Positions 53,957 through 63,663 of a stretch of DNA of 64,000 nt are shown one piece after another (position 1 is the stretch's first letter; each line of letters starts with the position of its first letter). Under the pieces are notes generated by a model. That model searched no databases and was not told the DNA's origin. It saw only the letters and a list, made by a program, of their open reading frames with translations. The position numbers and the translations under genes were made by a program. The stretch is from contig CAVYRF010000003.1 in the NCBI GenBank assembly GCA_963770895.1, forward strand, positions 1 through 64,000, read 5' to 3'. Source of the DNA: an uncultured Acidobacteriota bacterium. GTDB taxonomy: Bacteria; Acidobacteriota; Thermoanaerobaculia; Multivoradales; UBA5704.

Positions 53957-54995
53957 AGCCTCCGCCACCCGCCCCGCCGGGCCGCTGTCCAAGAAGGATT
54001 TCCAGACCGACCAGGAGGTGCGGTGGTGCCCCGGCTGCGGCGACTACGCGATCCTGTCGGCGGTGCAGCAGGTCTTCCCCGAGCTGGGGATCCCGCGGGA
54101 AAAGTTCGTGGTGGTGTCGGGGATCGGCTGTTCCAGCCGCTTCCCGTACTACATGAACACGTTCGGTTTCCATTCGATCCACGGCCGCGCGCCGGCGGTG
54201 GCGACCGGCTTGAAGCTGGCGCGGCCGGAGCTTGAAGTGTGGATCGCCACCGGCGACGGCGATTCGATGTCGATCGGCGGCAATCACCTCATCCACGTGC
54301 TGCGGCGCAACGTCGGGGTCAAGATCCTGATGTTCAACAACCGCATCTACGGTCTCACCAAGGGGCAGTATTCGCCCACCAGCGAACCCGGCAAGCGCAC
54401 CAAGTCGACGCCGTTCGGCTCGATCGACACGCCGTTCAATCCGCTGGCCCTGGCGCTTGGCGCCGGCGCCACCTTCGTCGCCCGCAGCGTCGACATCTTC
54501 CAGCAGCATCTCAAGGAGACGCTGCGGCGGGCGGCGCAGCACAAGGGCACCGCGTTCGTCGAGATCTATCAGAACTGCAACATTTACAATGATCGCGCGT
54601 TCACCTACATCACGGATAAGGAAACTCGCGATCTGCAGACGGTACACCTGGAGCACGGCAAACCGTTGCTGTTCGGGCGCCAGCGCCAGCAGGGCCTGCG
54701 CCTGCGCGGCGCCGCGCTGGAAGCCTTCGACATCACCGCCGAGCACGGCGTCGATGAATGCCTGGTCTGGGACGAAGCCGCGGCCAGCCCGGCCCTGGCG
54801 TTTCTGGCGGCGCAGCTGCTGCCGCCGGCCCTGCCCACGGCGCTTGGCGTGCTGCGCGCCGTCGAGCGTCCGACCTATGAAACCGGCGTCATCGATCAGA
54901 TCCATCGCGCCCAGGGCGATGCCGCGGCGGGACTGCCGAAGCTGGAAGACTTGCTGGCCACCGGCGACACCTGGACCGTGCACCACCCTTCGTAA
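53946..54995 (+). CDS. korB: 2-oxoacid:ferredoxin oxidoreductase beta subunit
   Basis: 'WCPGCGD', 'SGIGCSSR', 'HGRA', 'GDGD', 'YGLTKGQYSPT', 'QNC'; overlaps korA by 11 bp. Confidence 0.94.
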   Translation: MSPEASATRPAGPLSKKDFQTDQEVRWCPGCGDYAILSAVQQVFPELGIPREKFVVVSGIGCSSRFPYYMNTFGFHSIHGRAPAVATGLKLARPELEVWIATGDGDSMSIGGNHLIHVLRRNVGVKILMFNNRIYGLTKGQYSPTSEPGKRTKSTPFGSIDTPFNPLALALGAGATFVARSVDIFQQHLKETLRRAAQHKGTAFVEIYQNCNIYNDRAFTYITDKETRDLQTVHLEHGKPLLFGRQRQQGLRLRGAALEAFDITAEHGVDECLVWDEAAASPALAFLAAQLLPPALPTALGVLRAVERPTYETGVIDQIHRAQGDAAAGLPKLEDLLATGDTWTVHHPS

Positions 54996-55222
54996 CGATC
55001 GTCGCGGCGCCGCCCGGCGCTTTAGATAGAAAGGGCGGCACGGCTACGGTAAATAGCGGCACCGCTATTGTGGGCGCGGGTGTGCGCAGTCGTTTTCCTG
55101 CCTGCAGTGATACCCTTCTGCAAGTTCGACGTCCGATCGATTGCCAGCGGTGGTTGCAACCACGGCGGGCCTGCGGGCCGCGGTTTTCGGCTGGATCGTT
55201 CACATTTTCAGGAGGTGCGCGG

Positions 55223-56161
55223 GTGGCACGACACGTACTGACCATTGCCGACCTCGGCGCCGCGGACCTGCTGCGGCTGGTCGATTATTCCTTGTCGATC
55301 GCGGCAGGGCGCAATCACCAGCAGCCGCTGGCCGGCAAGGCCGTCGGCATCTATTTTCGCAAGAGCTCGACGCGCACCCGCACCTCCTTCACCGTCGGCG
55401 CCGCCAAGCTGGGGGCGCAGGTGATCACCTACGGTCCCGCCGATTTGCAGATTTCGACCGGCGAGACGCTGCGCGACACCGGCAACGTCCTGGCCAACTA
55501 CCTGGACGCCCTGGTCGTCCGCACCAACGACCCGGTGGCGGAGATGCAGGAGCTGGCCGGTCAGGGGCGGATGGCGGTGATCAACGCGATGAGCGACAAC
55601 GAGCATCCGACCCAGGCCATCGCCGACCTGGTGGCGATGCGCGAAGCCTTGGGGCGCCTGTCCGGGGTGCACGTGCTGTACCTGGGCGAGGGCAACAACA
55701 CGGCCGCCGCCCTGGCCCTGTCGTTTGCCAAGCTGCCCGACATGCGCCTGACCCTGGTGACGCCGCCGGGCTATGGGGTGGCGCCCGAGTTCCTGGAGGC
55801 GGCGCGCGCTTTGGCGGCGGCGGCCGGCCAGGGTTCGGCGATCGAACAGCACCACGACATGGAGCGGCTGCCGCTCGGCGTGGACGTGGTGTACACGACG
55901 CGGTGGCTGACCATGGGCGTTCCCAAGCGGGATTCCGACTGGCTGTCGATCTTCCGGCAATACACCATCACGCCCGCGGTGATGGCCAGGGTTTCCAAGG
56001 CCGACGGCAGCACGATCTTCATGCACGACCTGCCGGCCATGCGCGGCTACGAAGTGGTCGACGCAGTGCTCGACGGCGCGCAGAGCATCGCCCTGCGGCA
56101 GGCCTACCACAAGATGACCAGCGCGATGTCGGTGCTCGCCTGGGCCACCGAAGCCATCTGA
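55223..56161 (+). CDS. Ornithine carbamoyltransferase-family transcarbamylase (HDLP variant)
   Basis: RBS GGAGG; 'FRKSSTRT', 'HPTQAIAD', 'GEGNN', 'YTTRWLTMG', 'FMHDLP'. Confidence 0.88.
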   Translation: MARHVLTIADLGAADLLRLVDYSLSIAAGRNHQQPLAGKAVGIYFRKSSTRTRTSFTVGAAKLGAQVITYGPADLQISTGETLRDTGNVLANYLDALVVRTNDPVAEMQELAGQGRMAVINAMSDNEHPTQAIADLVAMREALGRLSGVHVLYLGEGNNTAAALALSFAKLPDMRLTLVTPPGYGVAPEFLEAARALAAAAGQGSAIEQHHDMERLPLGVDVVYTTRWLTMGVPKRDSDWLSIFRQYTITPAVMARVSKADGSTIFMHDLPAMRGYEVVDAVLDGAQSIALRQAYHKMTSAMSVLAWATEAI

Positions 56162-56259
56162 CCAGGGTGCGGGCCGGGGGCGCCGCGCCGCCGCCGGCGG
56201 GGCCGCCGGGGGACGGCCGAGTGATGGCGGGGGGCGGGCTCGATTAAACTCCTTGTTCT

Positions 56260-59200
56260 GTGTCGCAGAACGTTCTCGATCGCTGTCTGCTGCTCGACCT
56301 GGAAACCTCCTTCGATCAGCGCATCCTGAAGATCGGCGCGGTGTGGCGGGACCGCACGTTCGTCTATCCGCAGGGCGGATCGCTGGCCGAGGCGCTGGCG
56401 GAGCTGGACCGCTTCGCCGCCGGCGCGGAGCTGGTGCTGGGACACAACGTCCTGGATCACGACCTGGCGATTCTGGCGCGGCAGGCGCCCGGTCTGGCGC
56501 TGCTGCGCAAGCCGGTGGTCGACACGCTGTACCTGTCGCCGCTCGCCTTCCCGGAGAACCCCTACCACCGGCTGGTCAAGGGCTACAAGCTGGTGCGCGA
56601 CACGGTGAACGATCCGGTCGCCGACGCGCGCCTGGCGGCGCGGCTGTTCGCGGATGCATGGCACAGCCTGGGCGCGGCGGCGCGCGCCGAGCCCGACCTG
56701 GCGGCGTTCTACGCCTTCTGCCTGCAGTCGTTGCCGGGCCTGTGCGGGGTGTTGACCGGCCTTGCCGGCCGGCCGCCGCTCGCGGTCGCAGAGGCGCGGG
56801 CGTTCGTGGCGCGGAGCTGTTGCGGCCAGGCGTGCGCCGCGGCGCTCGCCGAGCGGGCGGAGGGGGAGCTGGCGCATGCCGAGGCGCGGCCGGCCTGGGG
56901 GTTCGCGGTCGCCTGGCTGCGCGTCGCCGGCGGCAGGTCGGTGGTGCCGCACTGGGTTGCCGCGCGGCACCCTCACACCCTGGAGCTGCTCGACGCATTG
57001 CGGGGCCGGCCCTGCACCGGGGCGGCGTGCGCGTACTGCAGCGAGCATCACAGCCTGGAGGCGCAGCTGGCGCTCTACTTTGCGCCGTTCAGCAGCTTCC
57101 GGGAGCAGCCCGCGGCGCCCGGCGGCGGCAGCCTGCAACGCGCCGTGGCGGCGCGCTGTCTGGCCGGGGAGCCGCTGCTGGCGATGCTCCCGACCGGCAG
57201 CGGCAAGTCGCTGTGCTACCAGCTGCCGGCGCTGATCCGCCACCGCCGGCGCGGGCAGCTGACGATCGTGATCTCGCCGCTGCAGGCGCTGATGCAGGAC
57301 CAGGTCGAGCGCCTGAACGACCGCACCGGCCTGGACTCTGCGGCGGCGATCAACGGCCTGCTGACGCCTCCCGAACGCGGCGCGGTGCTCGAAAAGGTGC
57401 GCCTGGGTGGGGTGGCCATCCTGTACGCCGCGCCCGAGCAGCTGCGCAACCGGTCCTTCCTGCAGGCGATCGAGCAGCGGGAGATCGCGGCCTGGGTGTT
57501 CGACGAGGCCCACTGCCTGTCCAAGTGGGGCCACGACTTTCGGCCGGACTACCTGTATGCCAGCCGCTGCATCCGCGAGCTGGCGCGGCGCCAGAAGCGT
57601 GCGCTGCCGGCGATCGCCTGCTTCACCGCCACCGCCAGGCCGGACGTGGCGAGCGAGATCCGCGAGCACTTTCGCGCCGAGCTGCACGTCGACCTGGCCG
57701 AGCTCGACAGCAACCTGCGGCGGCCCGAGCTGCGGTTTTCCGTCGAGGCGGTTGCCGCCGCGGCGAAGCTCGCCCGCGTCCACGCGCTGGCCGCCCAGGA
57801 GCTGGCGGCGGCGCCCGGCGCCGCGGTGGTGGCGTACTTTGCCACCCGCGACGGCGCCGAGCGCGCGGCCGCCTACCTTGCCGCCAGGGGCCTTGCCGCG
57901 GCGGCCTTCCACGCCGGCTTGCCGCCTCCCGACAAGCGGCGGGTCCAGCAGGCGTTCACCGCCGGCACGGTGCGCGTAGTGTGCGCCACCAACGCGTTCG
58001 GCATGGGCATCGACAAGGCAAACGTGCGGCTGGTCGTGCACGGCGACCTGCCGGGGTCGCTGGAGAGCTACCTGCAGGAGGCCGGGCGGGCCGGCCGCGA
58101 CGGGCAGGCGGCGCGCTGCATTTTGCTGTTCGCCGCCGCCGACGTCGAGCGCCAGTTCCGGCTCGCCGCCGCCAGCCGCCTGAGCCTGCGCGACATCGCC
58201 CAGGTGTTGCGCGGCGTGCGGCAGCTGGCGCGCAAACAGCGCGGCGGTGGCGCCGCCGGCGAGGTGGTGGTGACCAGCGGCGAGCTGCTCGGCAGCGGCG
58301 ACGTCGAAACCAGCTTTGCCGCCGGCGACCGCGACGCCGACACCAAGGTGAAAATTGCCGTGGCCTGGCTGGAGCGCGCCCAGCTGCTCGAGCGCAGTCA
58401 CAACCGCACGCGCGTCTTTCAGGGGCGCCCGCGCGTCGCCAGCCTGGAGCTGGCGGCGCGGCGGATCGACCAGCAGGCGCCGGAGCTGGCGGCCGCCGAG
58501 CGGCAGGCGTGGCTGGCGATCCTCGCGGCGCTGATCGACTGCCGCCCCGACGAGGGGCTGACCGCCGACCAGCTGGTGGAGCTTCCGGCGTTGGCGGCGA
58601 TGGCGGTGCCGGCGACCGCTTCGGTCGGGGGAGGGGGCGGGCGCGAAACCGCGGGCGAGGCGGTGTTGCGGATTCTCGACCGGATGGTGGCGCTCGACCT
58701 GATCGAGAGCGGCATGCAGCTGACCGCGTACCTCAAACGGCGCGGTCCGGGGGCGGCCCGGGTGAGCTTCGCGGGGTTGTGCCAGGTGGAGAGCGCGATG
58801 TTGGAGGTGTTGGCGGCGCGGCCCCCGGCGGCGACGGCCGGGGTCTGGCAGGAGGTTTCGCTGCGCTGGCTGAGCCAGATGCTGCGCGATCGCGGCCTGC
58901 GCACCCACCCCGAAACGCTGCAGCGCCTGCTGGTGTGCCTGGCGCGCGAGGGCGCCGGCGAGCCTGGCCGCGGCAGCCTGCTGGCGTTGGTCTGGCGCTC
59001 GCGCGACCAGTGCGGTTTGCGGTTGCCGGCGGGAAGCTGGCAGGGCCTGATCGAGGTCGCGGCGCGGCGCCGCGCCGCCGCCGGGTGCGTGCTGGGCGCG
59101 CTGCTGGCGATGACGCCGGTGGAGGGGCCGGCGGCGGCGACCGTGCAGGTGGCGTTTGCCGTCGCCGACCTGGTGGCGGCGCTGGGCGCCGACCCCGAAG

Positions 59201-61707
59201 TGGGCGCGGGCCTGGGAGAGCCGGCGGCGCTGGCGGAGCGGGCGCTGCTGCGGTTGCACGACCTGGAGGTGATCCAGCTGCAGCAGGGGCTGGCGGTGTT
59301 CCGCCAGGCGATGACCCTGCGGCTGCTGCCGCGCGGGCCCGCGGCGCGGTACAGCCGGGCCGACTACGAGCCGCTGCGCGCCCACTATCGCCAGCGCACC
59401 TTGCAGATCCACGTCATGGCGCGCTACGCCGAACTGGGACTGGAAGGCATCGACGGCGCGCTCGATTTCGTGGACGCGTACTTTTCCCTCCAGGGCGCGG
59501 TCTTCACGCGCCGCCACTTTCCCGGCGAAGCGGTGATGCTGGCGCGCGCCACCGGGCGGGAGTCCTATCGCCGCATCGTCGAGGACCTGGGCAACGCGGC
59601 GCAGACCGCCCTGGTGACGGCGCGCGCCGAGGCCAGCCTGCTGGTCCTGGCCGGGCCCGGTTCCGGCAAGACGCGGGCGGTGGTCCACCGCTGCGCCTAC
59701 CTGTTGCGGGTGGAGCGGGTGCCGGCGAGCGCGATCCTTGTGGTGTGCTTCAATCGCAGCGCGGCGCGCGAGGTGTCGCGGCGCCTGCGCCAGCTGGTGG
59801 GCGACGATGCGCGCGGCGTGCTGGTGCAGACCTATCACGGCCTGGCGCTGCGGCTGACCGGCACCTCGCTCGCCGCCGCGGCCCAGGCGGGGGCCGGAGA
59901 GCCGGACTTCGCGCGCTTGATCGACGAGGCCAACGAGCTGCTGCGCCAGGGCGCGGCGCCGGTCGGGGCAGGCGCGGAGGCGGACGCCGAGGCGGCGGCG
60001 GTGCCGGCAGGCGGCGACGGGGTGATGCCGGCAGGGCCGGTGGCAGCCGGATCGGTGCCGGTGGCGCCGGAGCCGCTGGAGGCCGCGCCGGAGGGGCCGG
60101 CGGGTCTGCTGCGCGATCGCATCCTGGCGGGTTTCAGCCACATCCTGGTCGACGAGTACCAGGACATCAACGAGGCGCAGTACGAGCTGATCGGGCATCT
60201 TGCCGGCCGGCGCGAGAACGACGCCGAGCGCCGCCTGCCGATCCTGGCGGTGGGCGACGACGACCAGACGATCTACGGCTGGAACGGCGCCAGCATCGAG
60301 TTTCTGCGCCGCTTCCGCCAGGATCATCCCGACGCGGCGGCGCACTTCCTGGTCGAGAACTTCCGCTCCACCGCCCACATCGTCGCCTGCGCCGACCATC
60401 TCATCCGGCACAACCGCCACCGCCTGAAGCAGGGGCAGGCGGCGCGTGTCGACAGCGCGCGGGCCGGGCAGCCGGCGGGCGGCAGCTGGGCGGCGGAGCA
60501 CGACCCGGCGGGCGGCGGCCGCGTCCGCCTGCTGCGCGTGGCCGGCGCCGGGGCGCAGGCGGCGGTTGTGGTCGAGCACCTGCGCGCGCTGCGGCGGTTC
60601 GACCCCCAGGTGCAGTGGCGCCAGTGCGCCGTGCTCGCCCGCACCCGGCGCGAGCTCGAACCGATCCGCGCGCTGTGCGAAAGCGCCGGCCTGCCGGTCG
60701 TCTGGGCGGCGGACCGCGACAAGCTGCCGCCGCTCCACCGCGTGCGCGAGATCGCCAGCCTGCTGGGCGCGCTGGAAGCGCGGCGCGGCGAGCTGGTGCG
60801 CGCGTCGTGGCTGCTCGACCTGGCGGCGGCCGGTGCGGCGCAGGACGTGGGCTCCGTCAATCCGTGGCGGGCGACGTTGGGCGAGATCCTGCGCGAATGG
60901 CAGGACGAGACCGCCGACGCGGAGGTCCCCGCGAGCGCGGCCAGCGAGTTCCTGTTCGATGCCCTGGCCGAACGGCGGCGGGAGCCGGTGCGCGGCCAGG
61001 GCATCTACCTCGGCACCGTGCACAGCGCCAAGGGGCTTGAGTTTGCGCACGTCGTGTTGGCGGACGGCGGCTGGGCGCCGGCTTCCCAGTTCGGCTCCGG
61101 CTCCGACTCCGACTCCGATGGCGACGCCGACGCGGTGGAGGCGGAGCGGCGCCTGTACTACGTCGGCATGACGCGCGCCTGCCACACCCTGGCGTTGCTG
61201 GCGCGGCGCGACCAGGACAACCCGCACGTGCGGCTGATCGAAGCGGATGCTGCGGCGGCCGGCAGCGCCATGGCAGCCGCCCTGGCGGTGAGCGAGCCGG
61301 CGGTCGTCGAGCCGCCGGAAGAGCTGCTGGAACGCCGTTTCGTGCTCCTGGGCCTGGGCGAGCTGTTTCTCGATTTCGCCGGCCGCCGGCTGCCCGGCGA
61401 TCCGACCCACGCGGCGCTCGACCGGCTGCGGCCGGACGACCTGCTGACCGCGCGCCTCAGCGCGGGATGGGTGGAGCTGCTCGATGCGGCCGGCATCGCG
61501 GTAGCATCGCTGTCGCTGCTCGGCCGCCAGGCCGTGGATCGCGCGGTGGCCTTTGAACCCTGCAGGGTCGTCGCGCTGGTCGAGCGGCGCGCCGCCGACT
61601 CGCAGGCTGAGTACCGGGCAAAGCTGCGTTGCGAGCGCTGGTGGGTACCGGTGGTGGAGGCGCGCTTTCGCGCCGCCGCAAGGCCGCAGGCAGAAAGGTG
61701 CGACTAG
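56260..61707 (+). CDS. DEDD exonuclease-RecQ helicase-UvrD helicase fusion protein
   Basis: 'LDLET...GHN...D'; RecQ 'PTGSGKSLCYQLP', 'DEAHC...WGHDFRP', 'ATNAFGMGID', 'QEAGRAGRD'; UvrD 'GPGSGKT', 'DEYQD', 'VGDDDQTIY', 'NFRS', 'TVHSAKGLEF', 'YVGMTRA'. Confidence 0.92.
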   Translation: MSQNVLDRCLLLDLETSFDQRILKIGAVWRDRTFVYPQGGSLAEALAELDRFAAGAELVLGHNVLDHDLAILARQAPGLALLRKPVVDTLYLSPLAFPENPYHRLVKGYKLVRDTVNDPVADARLAARLFADAWHSLGAAARAEPDLAAFYAFCLQSLPGLCGVLTGLAGRPPLAVAEARAFVARSCCGQACAAALAERAEGELAHAEARPAWGFAVAWLRVAGGRSVVPHWVAARHPHTLELLDALRGRPCTGAACAYCSEHHSLEAQLALYFAPFSSFREQPAAPGGGSLQRAVAARCLAGEPLLAMLPTGSGKSLCYQLPALIRHRRRGQLTIVISPLQALMQDQVERLNDRTGLDSAAAINGLLTPPERGAVLEKVRLGGVAILYAAPEQLRNRSFLQAIEQREIAAWVFDEAHCLSKWGHDFRPDYLYASRCIRELARRQKRALPAIACFTATARPDVASEIREHFRAELHVDLAELDSNLRRPELRFSVEAVAAAAKLARVHALAAQELAAAPGAAVVAYFATRDGAERAAAYLAARGLAAAAFHAGLPPPDKRRVQQAFTAGTVRVVCATNAFGMGIDKANVRLVVHGDLPGSLESYLQEAGRAGRDGQAARCILLFAAADVERQFRLAAASRLSLRDIAQVLRGVRQLARKQRGGGAAGEVVVTSGELLGSGDVETSFAAGDRDADTKVKIAVAWLERAQLLERSHNRTRVFQGRPRVASLELAARRIDQQAPELAAAERQAWLAILAALIDCRPDEGLTADQLVELPALAAMAVPATASVGGGGGRETAGEAVLRILDRMVALDLIESGMQLTAYLKRRGPGAARVSFAGLCQVESAMLEVLAARPPAATAGVWQEVSLRWLSQMLRDRGLRTHPETLQRLLVCLAREGAGEPGRGSLLALVWRSRDQCGLRLPAGSWQGLIEVAARRRAAAGCVLGALLAMTPVEGPAAATVQVAFAVADLVAALGADPEVGAGLGEPAALAERALLRLHDLEVIQLQQGLAVFRQAMTLRLLPRGPAARYSRADYEPLRAHYRQRTLQIHVMARYAELGLEGIDGALDFVDAYFSLQGAVFTRRHFPGEAVMLARATGRESYRRIVEDLGNAAQTALVTARAEASLLVLAGPGSGKTRAVVHRCAYLLRVERVPASAILVVCFNRSAAREVSRRLRQLVGDDARGVLVQTYHGLALRLTGTSLAAAAQAGAGEPDFARLIDEANELLRQGAAPVGAGAEADAEAAAVPAGGDGVMPAGPVAAGSVPVAPEPLEAAPEGPAGLLRDRILAGFSHILVDEYQDINEAQYELIGHLAGRRENDAERRLPILAVGDDDQTIYGWNGASIEFLRRFRQDHPDAAAHFLVENFRSTAHIVACADHLIRHNRHRLKQGQAARVDSARAGQPAGGSWAAEHDPAGGGRVRLLRVAGAGAQAAVVVEHLRALRRFDPQVQWRQCAVLARTRRELEPIRALCESAGLPVVWAADRDKLPPLHRVREIASLLGALEARRGELVRASWLLDLAAAGAAQDVGSVNPWRATLGEILREWQDETADAEVPASAASEFLFDALAERRREPVRGQGIYLGTVHSAKGLEFAHVVLADGGWAPASQFGSGSDSDSDGDADAVEAERRLYYVGMTRACHTLALLARRDQDNPHVRLIEADAAAAGSAMAAALAVSEPAVVEPPEELLERRFVLLGLGELFLDFAGRRLPGDPTHAALDRLRPDDLLTARLSAGWVELLDAAGIAVASLSLLGRQAVDRAVAFEPCRVVALVERRAADSQAEYRAKLRCERWWVPVVEARFRAAARPQAERCD

Positions 61708-61712
61708 CAGAA

Positions 61713-62255
61713 ATGACCGCCGCCCCGTTTCACATCGCCAGCGACCGCCTGCTGATCCGGCCGTGGCAAGCCACGGACCAGGCCGGTTTCCGGCAGATGG
61801 TGAGCGACCCCGAAATGATGCGCTACATCAGCAACGGTCTGCCCTGGAGCGACGAACGCATCGCCGAGTTCCAGGTCCGCCAGGGCCGCCAGCTGGAGTC
61901 CCACCGCTGCTGCATGGGCGCCCTGGAAGAGCGCTCGACCGGGCGCCTGGTCGGCGTCTGCGGGCTGCAGCCGCTGGGCACCACCTCCGACACCGAAATC
62001 GGCTGGTGGGTCGTCCGCGATCGCTGGGGAGAAGGCCTGGCAACCGAAGCCGCCGGCGCCGCCCTGCGGTACGCCTGGGACGCCCTGGCCCTGCACCGCG
62101 TGGTCGCCATCGCCTTGCCGCAAAACCTCGCCTCGACCCGCATCATGGAAAAGCTGGGCATGCGCTGCGAGCGCCACACCACCACCCAGGACCTGGGCAA
62201 ACCCGGCCCCCCCGTCGAAGTCGTGCTGTACGCCATCGAACGCGCCGCGCCCTAG
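61713..62255 (+). CDS. GNAT N-acetyltransferase (RimJ/RimL type)
   Basis: 'DRLLIRPW', 'EIGWW', 'WGEGLATEA', 'NLASTRIMEKLGM'. Confidence 0.9.
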   Translation: MTAAPFHIASDRLLIRPWQATDQAGFRQMVSDPEMMRYISNGLPWSDERIAEFQVRQGRQLESHRCCMGALEERSTGRLVGVCGLQPLGTTSDTEIGWWVVRDRWGEGLATEAAGAALRYAWDALALHRVVAIALPQNLASTRIMEKLGMRCERHTTTQDLGKPGPPVEVVLYAIERAAP

Positions 62256-62300
62256 CGCCGCGATCTGGCGCCGCGGCCGCCAGGGCGCGGCCGGCGTCAT

Positions 62301-63035
62301 CTATCCGGGATGGTGGGTGGAGGGGCTTGGCGCCGGGGGTGCGGTGGGTGGGTCGCAGGGGCAGTGCTGGTCGCGGCGGCGCTCGAGGTCGGCGATGACG
62401 GCGCGTTTGAAGCCGGTGGTGCCGGATTGGGCTGGCAGCTGGGCGCGGTAGGTGGCGATGTCGACCAGCTGCAGGCGCATGCGGATGGTTTTCCAGAGGC
62501 GCGGGAAGCGTTCGCCGGGGACCTGGACGTGGTGCAGGCCGCCGCTGTAGGCCAGCAGCATGCGGCCGCTGCCGACGGATTCCAGGATGTCGGCGATGCC
62601 GCCGCGCACGGTCATGGGCTGGCCGGCGGAGTCCAGGCCGTTGGCGCGCTTCATGCGGCCTTCGGGAAGGAGGGCCAGCATGGCGTCGGGATCGACGTGG
62701 GCCAGCACCTTGTCCCAGCTGTCGTCGCGCTCGCGGGTGATCGAGATGACGCGGTGGGCGATGAGCTTGTAGAACTGGCCGACCAGCGGCCGGCCGGTGG
62801 TCTTTTGCGCGATCGGCACCACGCCGTGGCGGGCGATGCGCCACAGGAACGAGAAGGGCACGCCGCCGGCGAAGAGCGGTTCGTAGAGGCTGGTGTGGTT
62901 GAGCACCGCCAGCAGGCGGACGTGGCGCCAGGGGTGGGGGCCGGGAGCGCCGATCCAGCTCATCTCGATGCGGTAGAAGGTGCGGGCGAACAGCTTGACC
63001 AGCACCAGCAGCAGGAAAACCAGGACCGAGCGCAC
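62301..63035 (-). CDS. Lysophospholipid acyltransferase (PlsC-like) family protein
   Basis: 'NHTSLYE' (HxxxxD/E) and 'LPEGRM' motifs; N-terminal hydrophobic helix. Confidence 0.75.
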   Translation of the reverse strand: MRSVLVFLLLVLVKLFARTFYRIEMSWIGAPGPHPWRHVRLLAVLNHTSLYEPLFAGGVPFSFLWRIARHGVVPIAQKTTGRPLVGQFYKLIAHRVISITRERDDSWDKVLAHVDPDAMLALLPEGRMKRANGLDSAGQPMTVRGGIADILESVGSGRMLLAYSGGLHHVQVPGERFPRLWKTIRMRLQLVDIATYRAQLPAQSGTTGFKRAVIADLERRRDQHCPCDPPTAPPAPSPSTHHPG

Positions 63036-63051
63036 AGGTGGGAGCCGCGCT

Positions 63052-63663
63052 TCAACCCCGCGGCAGGCCCGGCGTCAGGCCGCGGGCGCGCCGGATGTCG
63101 CGCACGATCTTCAGGTGATGGTGGCTGTGAATCCCCAGGAACCGCAGCCACTGCGGCCCGTCCAGGCTGCCGAAGCGCGGGTGCGCCAGGCGCAGGCGGC
63201 CCTGCCGCGGCCGCGCCAGCTCCGCCAGCCGCAGCCCCAGGGCGTCGATCCGCCGGTCCACCTCGATCAGCTGCGCCGCGGCGGCACTGGCCGCCGCCAC
63301 CGCCTCCTCGCTCGGCAGCGCCGCGGCGGGCGCCTTGGCGACGCCGCGCGGCATGAAGCCGGTGAGCAGCACCGCGCGCCCCAGGGCGTTGATCCCCTGG
63401 ACCGCGGTCAGCTCGGCGGGGTCCAGGATGCGGTGCAGCATCGCCAGCACCGACCGCTCCACCCGCAGGAGATGCTCCAGCTGCTGGGCCACGCTCCAGC
63501 CCGACACCGCTTCCGCCCGCGCCGTCAGCTGGCGGTCGCCGCCCCGCAGGAGGGCCCCGACGACCGCGCTCTGCTGCCGCACCCGGGCAAAATCCCGTTT
63601 GACCGCGCCAGGCGCCGGCATTGCGTGTCTCTCCAGTGCCGCGCGCTCCGACACTTCGGCCAT
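63052..63663 (-). CDS. DinB/YfiT family protein
   Basis: 'GWSVAQQLEHL', 'HPRFGSL', 'HSHHHL'. Confidence 0.85.
   Translation of the reverse strand: MAEVSERAALERHAMPAPGAVKRDFARVRQQSAVVGALLRGGDRQLTARAEAVSGWSVAQQLEHLLRVERSVLAMLHRILDPAELTAVQGINALGRAVLLTGFMPRGVAKAPAAALPSEEAVAAASAAAAQLIEVDRRIDALGLRLAELARPRQGRLRLAHPRFGSLDGPQWLRFLGIHSHHHLKIVRDIRRARGLTPGLPRG

Noticed and set aside
56104-61410. 1768-aa antisense ORF and other long shadow ORFs (e.g. 441-2744, 27838-30543, 17319-19826)
   Set aside because: They are antisense or alternate frames of well-supported genes, expected from stop-codon scarcity at high GC, and show no motifs.
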